A DNA stretch of 64,000 bases from Vicugna vicugna (GCA_013265495.1 MU058896.1:62001-126000), one strand, 5' to 3'; shown: positions 1 through 11,799, counted from the stretch's first letter. Numbers and translations are program-made. The notes: generated by a model not told the origin, from the letters alone.

Positions 1-608
1 TTGCTGTGTTCTTTACCGTAGAGCCAGGATTCAGCTCCTCCAGAGAGCCAGAGCTAACTGATCAGAGACGCAAACCATGTCCCTGTTAGACACCCCACCC
101 CAACCTGGGGAGCTGAGCATCCCTCACTTTCACATCCCCCTCGCCCACCCCCCACTGCTGTGTGGGAGGTGGAGCCACACCGCAGTTACATCTGAGCAAA
201 CAGCAGAGACACAGCTGGTGGCCCAGCCAGTAGCCCCAGACCCATTCATGGGGCTTCCTCTACAGGTGGGCTTCCACATCTTGGGAGTGAGCCACATCGG
301 GAGCGTGTTAGCTTTTTCATGGCAGGGTCAGAAGGCACTGAGCTACAACTCCACTCATCAGGGCAGTGGAACTGCTAAGGCCATGCCCCCCTCTCCCCAA
401 CCCAGGCACAATGCATCCAAGTGAGCGGGATCCCCCACGGCACCCTAGGAAGAGGACATAAGGAGTTGGGTGTGGAGACACCCGGCTGGCAGCAGGCACT
501 TCCAAAGCCCATGAGGCTGGTGGGGGCCCTTGGGTTTCCCATCCAGGACATCATGATCCATCACTTAATCTGCCACCTCTCCATTTCCCTCTCTCTGCCA
601 TCACACAG

Positions 609-673
609 CTGGGACACAGCAGGGCAGGAGAAGTTCAAGTGCATCGCATCTGCCTACTACCGGGGTGCACAGG
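609..673 (+). CDS. RAB36: RAB36 internal coding exon (G3 box, WDTAGQEKFKCIASAYYRGAQ)
   Basis: Acceptor acacag| at 607-608, donor |gtaagc at 674. Encodes the Rab G3 motif WDTAGQE. QEKFKCIASAYYRGAQ matches RAB36 rather than RAB34 (QERF...STYY, from memory), and RAB36 lies directly upstream of BCR in human. Confidence 0.96.
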
Positions 674-2058
674 GTAAGCAGCCGGGTGATAGTGATAGTG
701 GGGCCTCAGCCACGTGTAGCAGAGGCTCCCCACCAGACTCCCAGCAAGGAGTCCAGGTCTTGTGCGCAGGCGCCAAGTCTGCCCTCTGAGAACCACTGAG
801 GAAACATAGGGGCCAGTCCACGCCTTCCAGCCGAGCCAGACTGGCCTCTGCAGTCACACACTTCAGGGACCTGGGGTGGTGGGCGTTCCCTGAAAGTCTC
901 AGGCCCTGTTTCAGTTCAGAAGGATGCTCAGAGAGGGGAGTGCTTGTGCAGAGACCCCAGAAAGAAGAGCAGAGTCGACCCAGGAGCAGGGGGCAGGGCC
1001 AGGCTGGGGGGGAGGAGTGGAGGTGGGCCCCCGGGGGGGGCCCATCAGGGCTCCCCACCCACCCTCCACGCCAGGGGCGGCCTGGTCAGCTTAGCCGCCT
1101 ACTCTGACCAGGAATGAGAGGGAAGGGGTTTCAGTGGGAGATGGAGCGAGGCGTCTGAGGCATCCAAAACCGGACTCCAGTGATGAGACGGTTACGTCCA
1201 CTCAGTACTGGCGTTAAAAAATCACATTTTCATTAAGGTTTGAAAAAAAAGCAGAAGTGGAACATCCGCTGTGGTCTCTCTTCTCGGGGGGATGACACCC
1301 CCGGGAATAAGAGGCATGAGGCGCCTGGCCCAGCCCTGCAGATGGCAGCCCAGGCCACCGTCACCACTGGCATCAGTTTCCTCCCTCACTTCCCATCCCC
1401 CTGCCGGGGCAGGGCTGTGCACAGGTGGCCTGTGTCAGGCCCTGCTCACACCCTCCTCCGACCCCGGGCCAGTAGAGAGCATGCCCTTCTAGAATGATCA
1501 CCACGGGGGGCCGCCCTGGACACTGCGGGACCAGGTGGACAGTGGTGGAGGAGTCTGGGGCGGGGGCCGCGTCTCCAGTTTTTCTCCCCACCCTGCTCCT
1601 CAGAAAGTGTCTCCCTGGGGCGGGTTGTTGCGAATCACTCCCTCAGCCACAGCTGCCCCTGGTCAGAGAGCGGCCCCGTATCAGGCTCTGGACCAAGAGC
1701 TTTAAAAAAGCTGCACTGGCTTAGTCCTCACCGCCACCTGCGTGCAGGTGGCTACCGCCCTCCCCCTTCACAGACTGGGAGACTGAGGCTCTCGGCGGTT
1801 AAGGCCCTCACCTGTGCGCCCTCAGTGGGGAGCGGCAGGGAGACCTGAACGCAGGAGCTCACTGTGCCTCCCTGGACCCTCTGTGGCTGGGCTGCGGTGT
1901 GTGGATGTTCGGGAGGTCCTCAGGGGCAACCAGTCCCTGCTGTGGGATCCAGAGCTGAGGGCCCAAGGGTCCACCCCGCTATTCTGTGGGAGCCCCCTTG
2001 TCCCACCATGTTTGCCTCACCTGTCACTTACCGGCCCTTGGCTTTCCCCTGTGTGCAG

Positions 2059-2110
2059 TGATCATCACGACCTTTGACCTCACAGACCTGCAGACTCTGG
2101 ATCATACCAG
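2059..2110 (+). CDS. RAB36: RAB36 coding exon (V-IITTFDLTDLQTLDHT-R), probable GC donor
   Basis: Acceptor gtgcag| at 2057-2058. Phase 1 start completes Val from the previous exon. Ends ACC AG|gcaagt, the GC-AG donor consensus. An alternative end at 2114 is discussed in findings. Confidence 0.92.
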
Positions 2111-2757
2111 GCAAGTCTGGGACTCTTGGCCCCTGGGGTCCCCCGAGCTCCCCAAACCTTGGCTGTGACCTTGGCCCTTGACTGGGGGTGTGAGCGACCA
2201 GGCTCACTGATCAGAACCAGCCATCCACAGGTCGATTCCTGCCCCGTTGCCTTTTTATCCCTCAAGTTCTGCAGCTGTCTCTGAAGGTGGAGTGGCTCAC
2301 ACTGCCTTGGGGCTCTGCTGTCACCACCTTGAAAGCGTTAATTTGGAGCGGGGGGCCTGGCATCTTCACCCCCCATGGGCCTGTCTGCAGGGATATGACT
2401 GGGCACTTGCTGCCTGGGACGGGGATCTGCTCGGGTGTGCTGGCCACGTGACTGCCTCTGGAGACCCTCCTGCTTCTGCCAGGACCAAAGCCCCTTCACC
2501 CCACTTCTGTTTGGGGCATTCACACCCACATCTCCAACCCTGTGAGGGAGGCCGGGCTGGTCACTCCAGTTGGTGGCAGGGCAGGACTCACCCAGGGTGG
2601 AGCCGCAGCTAGGAGGTGGGCTCCAGCTCCCCTGATGGTTCCTTGCGTCCCCACGCCGCACCCCCAGCCCTGCGGAGGACTGGGCTGCACCCCGACCTGG
2701 TCATCCTGGGCTCCTCGGGGTGGGAGGTGCCATCTCAGCCTATCCCCCGCGGTCCAG

Positions 2758-2839
2758 GCAGTGGCTGGAGGATGCATTGCAGGAGAATGAGCCGGGCACC
2801 TGCTTCCTGTTCCTTGTGGGGACCAAGAAGGACCTTCTG
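2758..2839 (+). CDS. RAB36: RAB36 coding exon (QWLEDALQENEPGTCFLFLVGTKKDLL, G4 box)
   Basis: Acceptor tccag| at 2756-2757, donor |gtgagt at 2840. Contains the TKKD G4 variant typical of Rab34/36. Confidence 0.94.
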
Positions 2840-3108
2840 GTGAGTGGAGTGGAGAGGCCTGGGGCGGCCTTGGAAAATGTGTCCTTTCCCACCTAGTCGA
2901 GGGACGGAGGGTGAGGCCCATGTGCCTAGGTGGGAATTTGCAGACTGCAGGCCCGGGGGCCGAAAGTGGGGGCACGCGCATTCCCTGTGCTCGTCCCGTC
3001 AGGGCCGCTGGCACCCAGACTCTCCTGGGACCGCTGGGTCTCACCTCCAGGCAGGCACCCACCCCAGGGAGACCTGGGTAGCTGGGTCAGCAAGGCTGCT
3101 TCTCCCAG

Positions 3109-3199
3109 TCAGGGGCGGCGTGTGAGCAGGTGGAGGTAGAGGCTGTGCGCCTGGCCAACGAGATGGAGGCTGAGTATTGGTCAGTGTCCGCCAAGACCG
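3109..3199 (+). CDS. RAB36: RAB36 coding exon (SGAACEQVEVEAVRLANEMEAEYWSVSAKT-G, G5 box)
   Basis: Acceptor tctcccag| at 3107-3108, donor |gtgagt at 3200. SAKTG G5 motif; phases match both neighbouring exons. Confidence 0.95.
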
Positions 3200-3795
3200 G
3201 TGAGTGGGTCTGGGCCTGGGGGAAGCTGTGGCAGGAGCGTGGGTGGAAGCACCACCCCCAGCCCCACAGGAACAGAAAGGTCCCCAAGCCTGTGAGCACC
3301 TGCCGTCTTACTGGAGTAACAGCACGTTCCCTGAGAGCTCCCTGTAAGCCAAGCAGGACTGCTCTGTGGTTGCACAGGTTGTTAGCTGTACAAAGGCAAT
3401 ATGTGAGTTGGGCATGGCCTCGTCCTCCTGGAGGAGGATGCACAGAGTGTCCGCATGGGGGCTGGTGGTTCTAATCCTCACCACTGCCCACTGGACAGGT
3501 GCTCACAGGTTACAGGAAAGCAGGCTCATGTCTGATCTCCGCACAGCCCGGCGCCTGGCCCACAGGAGTGCTCAGTAGCAACTGATTGGAAGAGTAGGTG
3601 CTGGGAAACCAAGGCTCATTGATTTGCGGGAGTGGCCGGGACAGGTGTCCGGAATGAGGAGCCAATCCCCTGCAGTGCCCTTCCCAGACATCCCCAGAGA
3701 GGCGCCGCCCTGGTTCCCGCACCACTGTCTCCCTCCCAGTGCAACTGCGGGTGAGAGCAGAGGTGGCCGGGGTCACGGCTGTCCCGTGTCCACAG

Positions 3796-3915
3796 GGGAG
3801 AATGTGAAGGCGTTCTTCAGCCGCGTGGCTGCCCTGGCCTTTGAGCGCTCGGTGCTGCAGGACCTGGAGCGGAGGAGCAGCGCCTGGCCGCAGGTCGGCA
3901 ACGGGGACCTCATCC
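3796..3915 (+). CDS. RAB36: RAB36 penultimate coding exon (ENVKAFFSRVAALAFERSVLQDLERRSSAWPQVGNGDLI)
   Basis: Acceptor cacag| at 3794-3795. Donor |gtacgt at 3916 keeps the frame with the last exon. Peptide matches recalled human RAB36. Confidence 0.93.
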
Positions 3916-4383
3916 GTACGTGCAGGTGACAGGCTGGGCTGGGAAGCAGGCTTGCGGCCTGAAATCCACGTCCACCTCCCTCCCCTTCCAAGACCCAGCC
4001 ATTCCCGTAGCTGGCCACCCTCTGCTATCCTCTCTGGGCTGTCCCTTTCCCCGTCCCTCTCACCTATAGCCTGCAGCCTCCCTGCCTGTCTGCCCGCTCA
4101 GCTATCTGCCCCCTGGATCTCCCCATCCTCCGGCAGCCTCCTCATGGGCCAGGCCAGGCATCCCAGGCCCTACTGACGTGTCCTGGCCTCGCTTCTCCTG
4201 GTCTGTGCTTTTTCCACTCTGTTGCGCCACCTGGAACTCATCCTGGGCCTCTTGGCCTGTGCCCAGTCACCAAGGCCTTGAACAAGAGGCCTAGGAGTCA
4301 AAGTTCAGGGCTCTAACCAGGAGAATCAGCAGAGGGTACCGGTGGGGGCCCTTGACGCCAGGTGACTTCTTCCCTCCTTACAG

Positions 4384-4448
4384 GAATGGAGGGACATCCG
4401 CCCGAGACCCAGGACAGCGAGAGGCCCTCCAGCCTGGGTTGCTGTTAG
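4384..4448 (+). CDS. RAB36: RAB36 last coding exon (R-MEGHPPETQDSERPSSLGCC*)
   Basis: Acceptor ttacag| at 4382-4383, TAG at 4446-4448. Ends in the CC geranylgeranylation motif. Confidence 0.95.
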
Positions 4449-5632
4449 CCGAGCCTGCATCAGAGGCCTCTGTCCCTGATCCCGCGAGGGCAGTGCCTCC
4501 TGTGGCGTGGAGGGTGGCGTGGCCGTGCTGAGCCCCAGGGCTCCACCTCTCCTCTCTAGCGGGTCCGGAGCCAGAAGAGGCCCCACTGGCCACTCCAGGG
4601 CCCACGCTGCCCAGCTGGTGGGGGCACTGCAGTGATGATGTGGAAGTCTTGTCACACATATGGAGCCACCCGGCAGTTCCCCCAGCCCAGAGGGGCCTCA
4701 CGGCCGCAGACACAGACACGGGCCCCCAGGGCCCAAGGTCCTCTTGGGCCCTCTGCCCCAGCCTTCTTGGGTGACCTCGGAATCTTCTTCCTCTCAGTGG
4801 TCCAGACAAGCAGGACTTGTCAAAGTCAGCACATGAGGGTAAATCCACCTGCCATCCCGGTCTGGACTTTTCTGTCAGCAGCAGGACTGGCCATTCTGGA
4901 CCTTTCCGGCCGAGGGGCCATCTCTGGCTCCTCCGTAATCTATGGCATCCTGCCCTCCTGGTTAATGGGCGAGGAGGGGCAGAACAGGCCACCCGTGCCC
5001 GTCTGGCCCTGAGACACAAGGTTCCCCAGCCCAGCTGCGCCTGGGTAGCTCGCTGCTACACCCTGGAGTGGGGCACTGCCGGCTCTGCCCCCAGCAGCCG
5101 TCACCTGGACTCTGTGGGGCCACCACTCTCCGGACCCTTGTGATGGGGTCCATGCGTCTTGGGACACTGGAGGCCCTCCAGCACCTGTCAAGCGGGTTCC
5201 CTGTCTCCATCTCCTCCCTGTACACCCAGAACAGGCAAGCACGGCCCAGGCCCCCTCCCCAGCTCCTACCAGAGTGCCCGGCCCTCTCCTGTCCTCACAC
5301 TGCTCCCCCACGGGGGCCTCTTGCCCCCCACCTACCCCGCACGCCCCAGCCCTGGGTGTGTGCCCCTTCCCACCCTCCTCAGCCACAGGTGGGTGGTACA
5401 GCCGGCGTTTCGCCTGCTTCTTGGAGATGGTGAGCATTCCTGGGGCAACTGTGTGGGCGGGACCATCTCCCAGTGCCCCCAACAGTGCTGGGCACACCAC
5501 AGGTGCCCAGTGGGTGCCCACCTGCTCACAGTGATCGCCCGACAGTGGCCAGGGAGACACAGCGTTCTCTGTCCATTCCCCCGTCACCAGATTTTGAGCT
5601 CTCCTTTTTTATAGACATAAGGTACTTCTTTA

Positions 5633-5638
5633 TATAAA
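5633..5638 (+). terminator. Possible variant poly(A) signal (TATAAA) for RAB36
   Basis: Sits in the only AT-rich patch (about 5590-5680) of the GC-rich DNA after the stop codon. I found no AATAAA or ATTAAA between 4448 and 8644. Confidence 0.3.
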
Positions 5639-6879
5639 TCACTCTTAAAGAACTTACGTACGTGCTTATTGTAAAACAGGACAGCACAGAGCTTTGCGTA
5701 CAGAGCGACAGTTCCCCATGGCCCAGGTGTCAGCCTTGTCTTGATGCCCCCCATCTTCTAAGCAGAAGGGGCTCCCAGAGATGGGGGTGGGGCCCTGGCA
5801 CAGGTCACCCAAGGAGGCCCCGAGATGAGACACTCTCCCAGCAGCCCCCAGGCTCTGCCATCTGCTGCGGCCTCCCATGTCACCTCCCATATGTCAGGCA
5901 GGCAGAATGTGGCTGTCACGTGGCCTCCTTCCAAGCCTCCCCCCACATCCAGATGCTTCTGGCATATTCAGGGCCACCAGCTACCTGTCTGAGCCTGCGG
6001 CCCAGGAGGGAGCAGGCAGTGCCTCCTTGCTTGTAGGCCCTTCCCTCCGCTCCCTCATCCCCAACAGGTGGATGGCACCCCTGGCCTGAGGGTGCTCTGG
6101 GCCTCTGACCACAAGGAGCCACAGCCTGGACCATCTCACTGGCTGTCCCGGCGCCTTGGCTCTCTACGAGGCTGGAAATGCAGGCAGGATGCTATGCCAG
6201 GACCCCTCACTCTACTCATCGCAGCAGCGGTGGTTGAGTGACAGCTGAGGGGCCTGGGAGGAAAGACCCACATCTCACTTGTTGGAGCCGTTGGCCAAGG
6301 AAGTCCTGCAGAGACCCCTGCTCCCCACTCCGGGCCAGGGCTGGTGGCCTGGAGGAGGTGCCCCACCAGGCACCATTCAGCACAGCACGACCAGCAGGAT
6401 GAGGAAACAGCTGGATCGATCAACCCCGTGTTCTGACCTTGCCTGCAGCTCCCAGGGGCTGACAGGTGACAGATGGGGGGTCACGTGGCCACATCCCACT
6501 TAAGAGAGTTGTCCTCCGGTTTCTGGCCCCCAAAGTGGGTGGGGATGAGGGTATAGACGGGGTAAGGAAGGACAAAAAGTGGCCCAAGCTTTCAAGTCGG
6601 CCTCAGGCAGAAAGCCCTGCTGTTGACACCACACGTGACAGCTGTCTGGTGGCACCATGTCGGGAGCCTGGATCTGGGACTTGGGCAGGCTGGGCCCCCA
6701 CTTACTGCTGTGTGACGGGAGGTGGGGGGAATCGCTGCCTCTCTCTGGGGCCCTTTCCCCACCTCCTGCCCACATGATGGCTGCATGAGATTGAAGGAAA
6801 TCACATCTCTGGAGCCCCAGGCTGGCAGCTGGTGAGAACCCCAAGACTGTGGGACTCCCGTGGCAGGGCCACTGCACCC

Positions 6880-7466
6880 CGCCACAGGCACCTTAGCGTG
6901 AATGAGGAAAAGGCACCAGGTGGTTCCTCAAACAGTGACACGTGGAATTGCCACGTGGCCCAGAATTCCTGTTCCTAGGAATAATCCCAAAGGAACTGAA
7001 AACGACGGAAAGTGTGCGTACACACTTGTTCAGGCATCGTTACTGACACGAGCCAAATGTCCCCCAGTGGATGGATGAACAGAATGCCGTCCATCCATCC
7101 AGTGGGATATCATTCAGCCTCAAAAAGGAAGGAGGTGCTGACATGTGCTACACTGGGTGGGGGGCCTTGAAAACGTGATGCTCAGTGAAAGAAGCCAGAC
7201 CCCAAAGGCTTGTGTGAATCCACTGACAAGAAATACCCAGAATAGGCAAATCAGAAAGACAGAAAGGAGGTTGGTGGTTGCCAGGGGCTGGGGAGGGGAG
7301 AAATGGGGAGCAACTACTTCATAGGTTTCCTTTTGGGGTGATGAAACTATTTTTGAACGAGATACAAATTGGGGTCACACTAACGTGGATGTACCAGATG
7401 CCTCTGAACTGTTCACTTGAAAATAGTTTTATCTTATACGAATTTCACCTCAATTTTTGAAAAAAG
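6880..7466 (+). mobile_element. L1MB-like LINE-1 3' end remnant
   Basis: Recognisable L1M 3' motifs: 'cctaggaataatcccaaaggaactgaaa', 'gatgctcagtgaaagaagccagac', 'gtggttgccaggggctggg', 'gaatttcacctcaattttt'. Confidence 0.85.
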
Positions 7467-7945
7467 CACTTCTTGCTCAGGACATTTGATATCCATCTGT
7501 TAGAAAACTGCCCTTATAAAGTGACTTTGAAACAACAAGACACCTTTTGATAATTGCTGTCACCACCAGGTGGAAGCTGGGAACGAGGCTCTCTTTGATG
7601 TGTGCCCTTGTGCAGTGCACGTCCCACCCCACTGTAGCTGGCAGCCCTGCTCAGGAAACCCCCGAGGAGGACAGGGCTGGCCAGTCCATTTTACAGAGAA
7701 CACTTGACTGATGTTAGCCCCACATACTAGTGGGGCCTTCTGACTTTGGAATGGCCAAAAAAGGTTCTGGAGCTGGAGGACTGGGTCTCAGCCTGCCCAC
7801 AGCTGCAGGTCTGACGTGAGGGTGAATCTGGCTAGTGGGAGGATTGAAGAAGATGCTAGAAAAATGCTCATCCTTACCACTCAGTGAGCATGACCAGGGG
7901 CTGCTCACATCCTGGAGCTGAGGACCCAAGGGCTGGCTTAACTTT

Positions 7946-8365
7946 GTTTTTTAATACAACAACTTTATTGAGGTTTGATTCACATACCACACAATTCACC
8001 CATTTCAAGTGTACAACTGAGTGGTTTTTAGTATATGTGCAAGGCTGTGCAGCCATCACCACTGTCTAGTTCTCAAGTATTTTCAAAAAGAAACTCAATG
8101 ACTTTTAGCTGTCACTCTCCATTCCTCCCATCCCCTGTCCCCAGGCAACCACCAACCTGCTTTCTGTTTCTAAGATTTGTCTATGCTGCACATTTCCTGT
8201 AAATGGAATCATACAACTCGGTGGCCTTTTATGACTTGCTTTTTTGACGTAGCGTAGTGTTTTCAAGGTTCATCAGTGTTGTAACATGTATCGGTACTGC
8301 ATTTCCTTTTAGGGCTGAATAACATTCATTGTAATATTCCATTGATGGACATTTGTGTTGTTTGC
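7946..8365 (-). mobile_element. L1MB-like 3' end remnant
   Basis: 'ctttattgaggt...cacaattcacccatttcaagtgtacaa...aggcaaccaccaacctgctttctg...aatggaatcataca...ggctgaataacattc'. Confidence 0.85.
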
Positions 8366-8569
8366 CTCCCCCAGGGTTCTGAGGCAGCCAAAGTTCTCCA
8401 TTGTTTCCAGCAGAGGGGGCTGTTGGGTCCCATCTCTCCTGCCAGCAAAGAGATGAGATTGCCTTGGGGAGGGGTTTGCAGAAAACTGGGTCTGGGTTCA
8501 AAGACCACTGGGGCTGCTGCTGAGGGTACATGAGGGTGTCTGTGTGTGTGTGTGAGTGTGAGCTCACAG

Positions 8570-8665
8570 GTGTTTACAGGTGACAGAACTCATCAAATCA
8601 CACGCATCGAATATACCCAGTTGACTGCATGTCAATTTTACCCCAATAAAGCTGTAAAAAATATG
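8570..8665 (+). mobile_element. Short L1M extreme 3' end with AATAAA (8645-8650)
   Basis: 'gaactcatcaaatcacac...tgcatgtcaattttaccccaataaagctgtaaaaa'. Confidence 0.7.
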
Positions 8666-9099
8666 TTTAATAACTTTTTTAAATTACAAAAGATAGACAG
8701 TCATTATGGAGAATTCAGAAAAGCATAATGAAGAAGAAAATAAATGTCACTGGCCATTCGGGGACAGCCATGGAAGCTCTGGTGAAGTCCCCTCTGCCTG
8801 TTTGAACACCTTGGAAGGTGCCATGGGGCCAGTGTGTGTGCAGCCAGGGTCCAGGACCCACCTTGGCCCCACTAGATGAGTCTGCACCCTGCACCGGGAG
8901 TCCGCACTGGTGAGTCTGCACCCCTCGCTCTGGACTCCTGGGTCCCGGTCACGTCCTTGGTCAGCAACTTCTCGGGCTTTCTGCTTCTCCGTACCCCACC
9001 TCCCCAGTCCAGCCTCCACCCTTTCCTGATCCAGTGGCCTGGGGGAGGGGGGGTTGGTTCTCCAGCCCTGTGGCCATACACACCAGCTATTCACTTAAT

Positions 9100-9960
9100 A
9101 ACACCACTCCCACTTCTGCCTCTGGTCTTGACCTTCCCTCTGAGCCCAGACCCACCCTCTCTCCATGGGATATCCCCGTGGGTGGACTCTGGGCACCCAG
9201 AGCCTCACGAGGCCACCCCTGGCTGCCGCATCACAGTGGTGACACACTGTCCATCCATAGCTGGTCCTTCCTCTCCCCACATCCAATCTGTGTGCTAGTC
9301 CAGGACAGACTCTTGTCCGACCCCTTCTCCCCATCACCTTGCTTCCACCCTTGTCTGGGTCACCAACGTCCCCTACCTGGACCAGTGCCATGGCCCTTGA
9401 CCACTTGCCCTGTTCCCCACACCAGCCCCCAGCTCTCCATGTGACAGTCCCAGCACGTCACTCTGCTATGGACTGTGCCGTCCAGTACAGCGCCCAGTGC
9501 AGCTCTTTGAATTTGAATTCCCTAAAGGCACATCAGATTAAACTTTCAGTTCTTTAGTTGGAAGGAGCTGCATGTTAGGTGCTCAGGAGGTGCAGGGGGA
9601 AGCCGGTGGCTGCCAGGTTGTTCAGCATGCCCACTGTGCTGGAATGTTCTACTAGCTAGTGCAGGCTTTGCACCTTCCAGGTGCTTTGGGGTTTTTTGTT
9701 GTTGTTGTTGTTTTTTCCATTTAGAATAAAACCTAAACTTCTTACAAGCCTGTGCAGCCTGGCAGCCCACACCAGCCTCGCCTCCTAACCCAGTTGCTCC
9801 CCAAACACATAGAACTGAACTCTCCCCACCTTTGCCTTTCTGTTCCCTGTCCCTGCTCAGCCGTCACCTCCATTGGCCCTTCCCCAGACCTCTGCCTCTT
9901 CCTGGATGCCCTCCTGCATGGCACACACACCTCTGCTGTGGCCTGTTCTGCCTGCCTCAC
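9100..9960 (+). mobile_element. Degraded L2 LINE
   Basis: C/T-rich L2-like text including 'ttagaataaaacctaaacttctt' and 'cctttgcctttctgttccct'. Heavily decayed; edges uncertain. Confidence 0.5.
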
Positions 9961-10009
9961 CCTTACCTCCTACACATGCGTGTCTCTCTTCCCGGGCTGT
10001 GTGCTCCCT

Positions 10010-10115
10010 TGCCCAGCAGTGGTTGAATGCCTACTGTGTCCTGAGCACCGGGGGTTCACCGGGGAACAAAACAGCTGTCCATCCTTGGAAGTTTAGATCT
10101 AGCTGGGCACAGACA
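10010..10115 (-). mobile_element. L2 3' end fragment
   Basis: 'gttgaatgcctactgtgtcctgagcac...gaacaaaacagctgtccatccttggaagtttagatctag'. Confidence 0.6.
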
Positions 10116-11104
10116 CCAGATGAGGGTTACAGAGCATTATGTGTCTGAACCCCACTTTCCTCTTCATTCCTCCCATCTTCAGAGGGATGGATGATAAGAA
10201 AGCTCTTCGGGAAAGGACCAGAGACCCAGGGTGGGAGTCAGGGAAGGCTCCGAGGATGGGAGGAGTGTCCTTGGGGCCAGAAAAAGCTGTCCCATGGGAA
10301 GATAGCCACTATCTCAGAGTGTCCTTCTGCCCAGCAAGCCACTTGCTCTGCCAAGAGAACAGAGCCTGCAAACTGAAACCAAACGGCATCTGAGTTTGAT
10401 TGGAGCTTGCTTATGCATGCGGTATTTAAGGTGCGGCTGAGTTGGGGCCTGTAAACCAGAGAAAGGGACACCTCTCTCACAGAGGAACTCCCCCCCCAAT
10501 GTATCCTTGTCTCTCCCAGGTGCTTAATGATCGTGTCCTGCTGAGCCCACAATTCCCCCTGGAAACGGAGGGACTCTGTTAGCAAGGGGGAAAACGCAGG
10601 TTGAAAAAAGCTTTTCGGATTCTCCCTGATGACTGCCAGGAAATAGGGTTCTGGAGGCGTGGGTTCTAGTCCCGCTGGGTCCACTCGCTGGGTGACGGGA
10701 GCAGGTCATCCAAGGAAGGCACTAATAGCGTTGGTGAGCTGCTGGGAGGTCAGGGTCTATGGTACCCATTCTAAAGAAGAGGTCACTCAGCCTGCGAGCA
10801 CTGCTGGGATTCTGGCCTCGCTTTGCGCCCCCCGAAATGAAGGCATCAATTTCTGTTTCCACACCTGCAAAACAGGCTTTACAAGGGCCCTGTCTGCTTG
10901 ATGAAGGTGTGGGAGGGACATGGGGCCTCCAGAGGGGGACAGCAGGAGGGTGGAGAGCCTGCAGGGGGTGGCGGTGAGCTGTGCCTGGAAGCATCTGCCA
11001 GTCCCGCCCCAGGGGCTGTCCTGCCAGTCTCCCACGGCTCCAACACTAAAAGCAGTCATGGGAAGGCACAGTGGTGTCTCATGTTTGCCCTATCTGGGTG
11101 CCTT

Positions 11105-11220
11105 ACACAGGGCACTTATGACATTTTACATACGAAGACAAAACTTAAGCTCAGAGGGGAAAGGGAATTGCCAAGGACACAAAGCCTGGAGTGAGAGAGA
11201 CCTGAATCCCAGCCAGGCCG
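11105..11220 (-). mobile_element. MIR SINE fragment
   Basis: 'cattttacatacgaagacaaaacttaagctcagaggg...ttgccaaggacacaaagc' matches the MIR core. Confidence 0.6.
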
Positions 11221-11384
11221 GCCTGGCCACTGGCCCTGGGTTTCTGTTCCTTTAGATTAGATGTCAGGGCATCCGCTCTGGTGGCACTGGAACCCAGGGG
11301 AGGGCAAGATAACACCTCACATCCATGCAAGGACAACAGAGGGTGGGCAGGAGGGAGGGGCAGGGAGGGTAGTATCCTGTTCCC

Positions 11385-11465
11385 ATTTCAATGGCCAGGA
11401 AACAGAGGCACAGAGAGTCAGAGGCTGCCAGGACTCAAGCCCTGGTTCCTGGTTGACAAATCCTG
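11385..11465 (-). mobile_element. MIR SINE fragment
   Basis: 'cccatttcaatggccaggaaacagaggcacagagag'. Confidence 0.55.
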
Positions 11466-11799
11466 TTTGCTTTTCCCCTCACCTGGCAGGCTGGTTGGGG
11501 TATTGTGACTTTGCGCTCCTCAGACTCCCTCCAGGGTGCGCTCTGCTGTGTGTCTAAGATCTCTGGGCTTCCCTGGAGGACAAGAAAAGATTTTGTTGCA
11601 CTGCCCGCCTGGGCTATCCCGTCTTATGCCGAGCCCTGGGCGTCCCAGTGGAGGCTGGAGACCCCCTTAGAGGCAGATTACACAGAGAAGTTCCGAGTCA
11701 GGCAACCCCGGGACGAACACGGGCTCAGGACCGCAGCAAGGGAGGCGTGGGTATTGAGTGACCGGGGGAGAAATTCTCATTGATTATGTCTGACAATCC

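Noticed and set aside
7563-8422. CTCF-like motifs at about 7564 (CCACCAGGTGGAAG) and 8407 (CCAGCAGAGGGGGC)
   Set aside because: Each mismatches the highly conserved C of the GGC core. Not supportable by eye.
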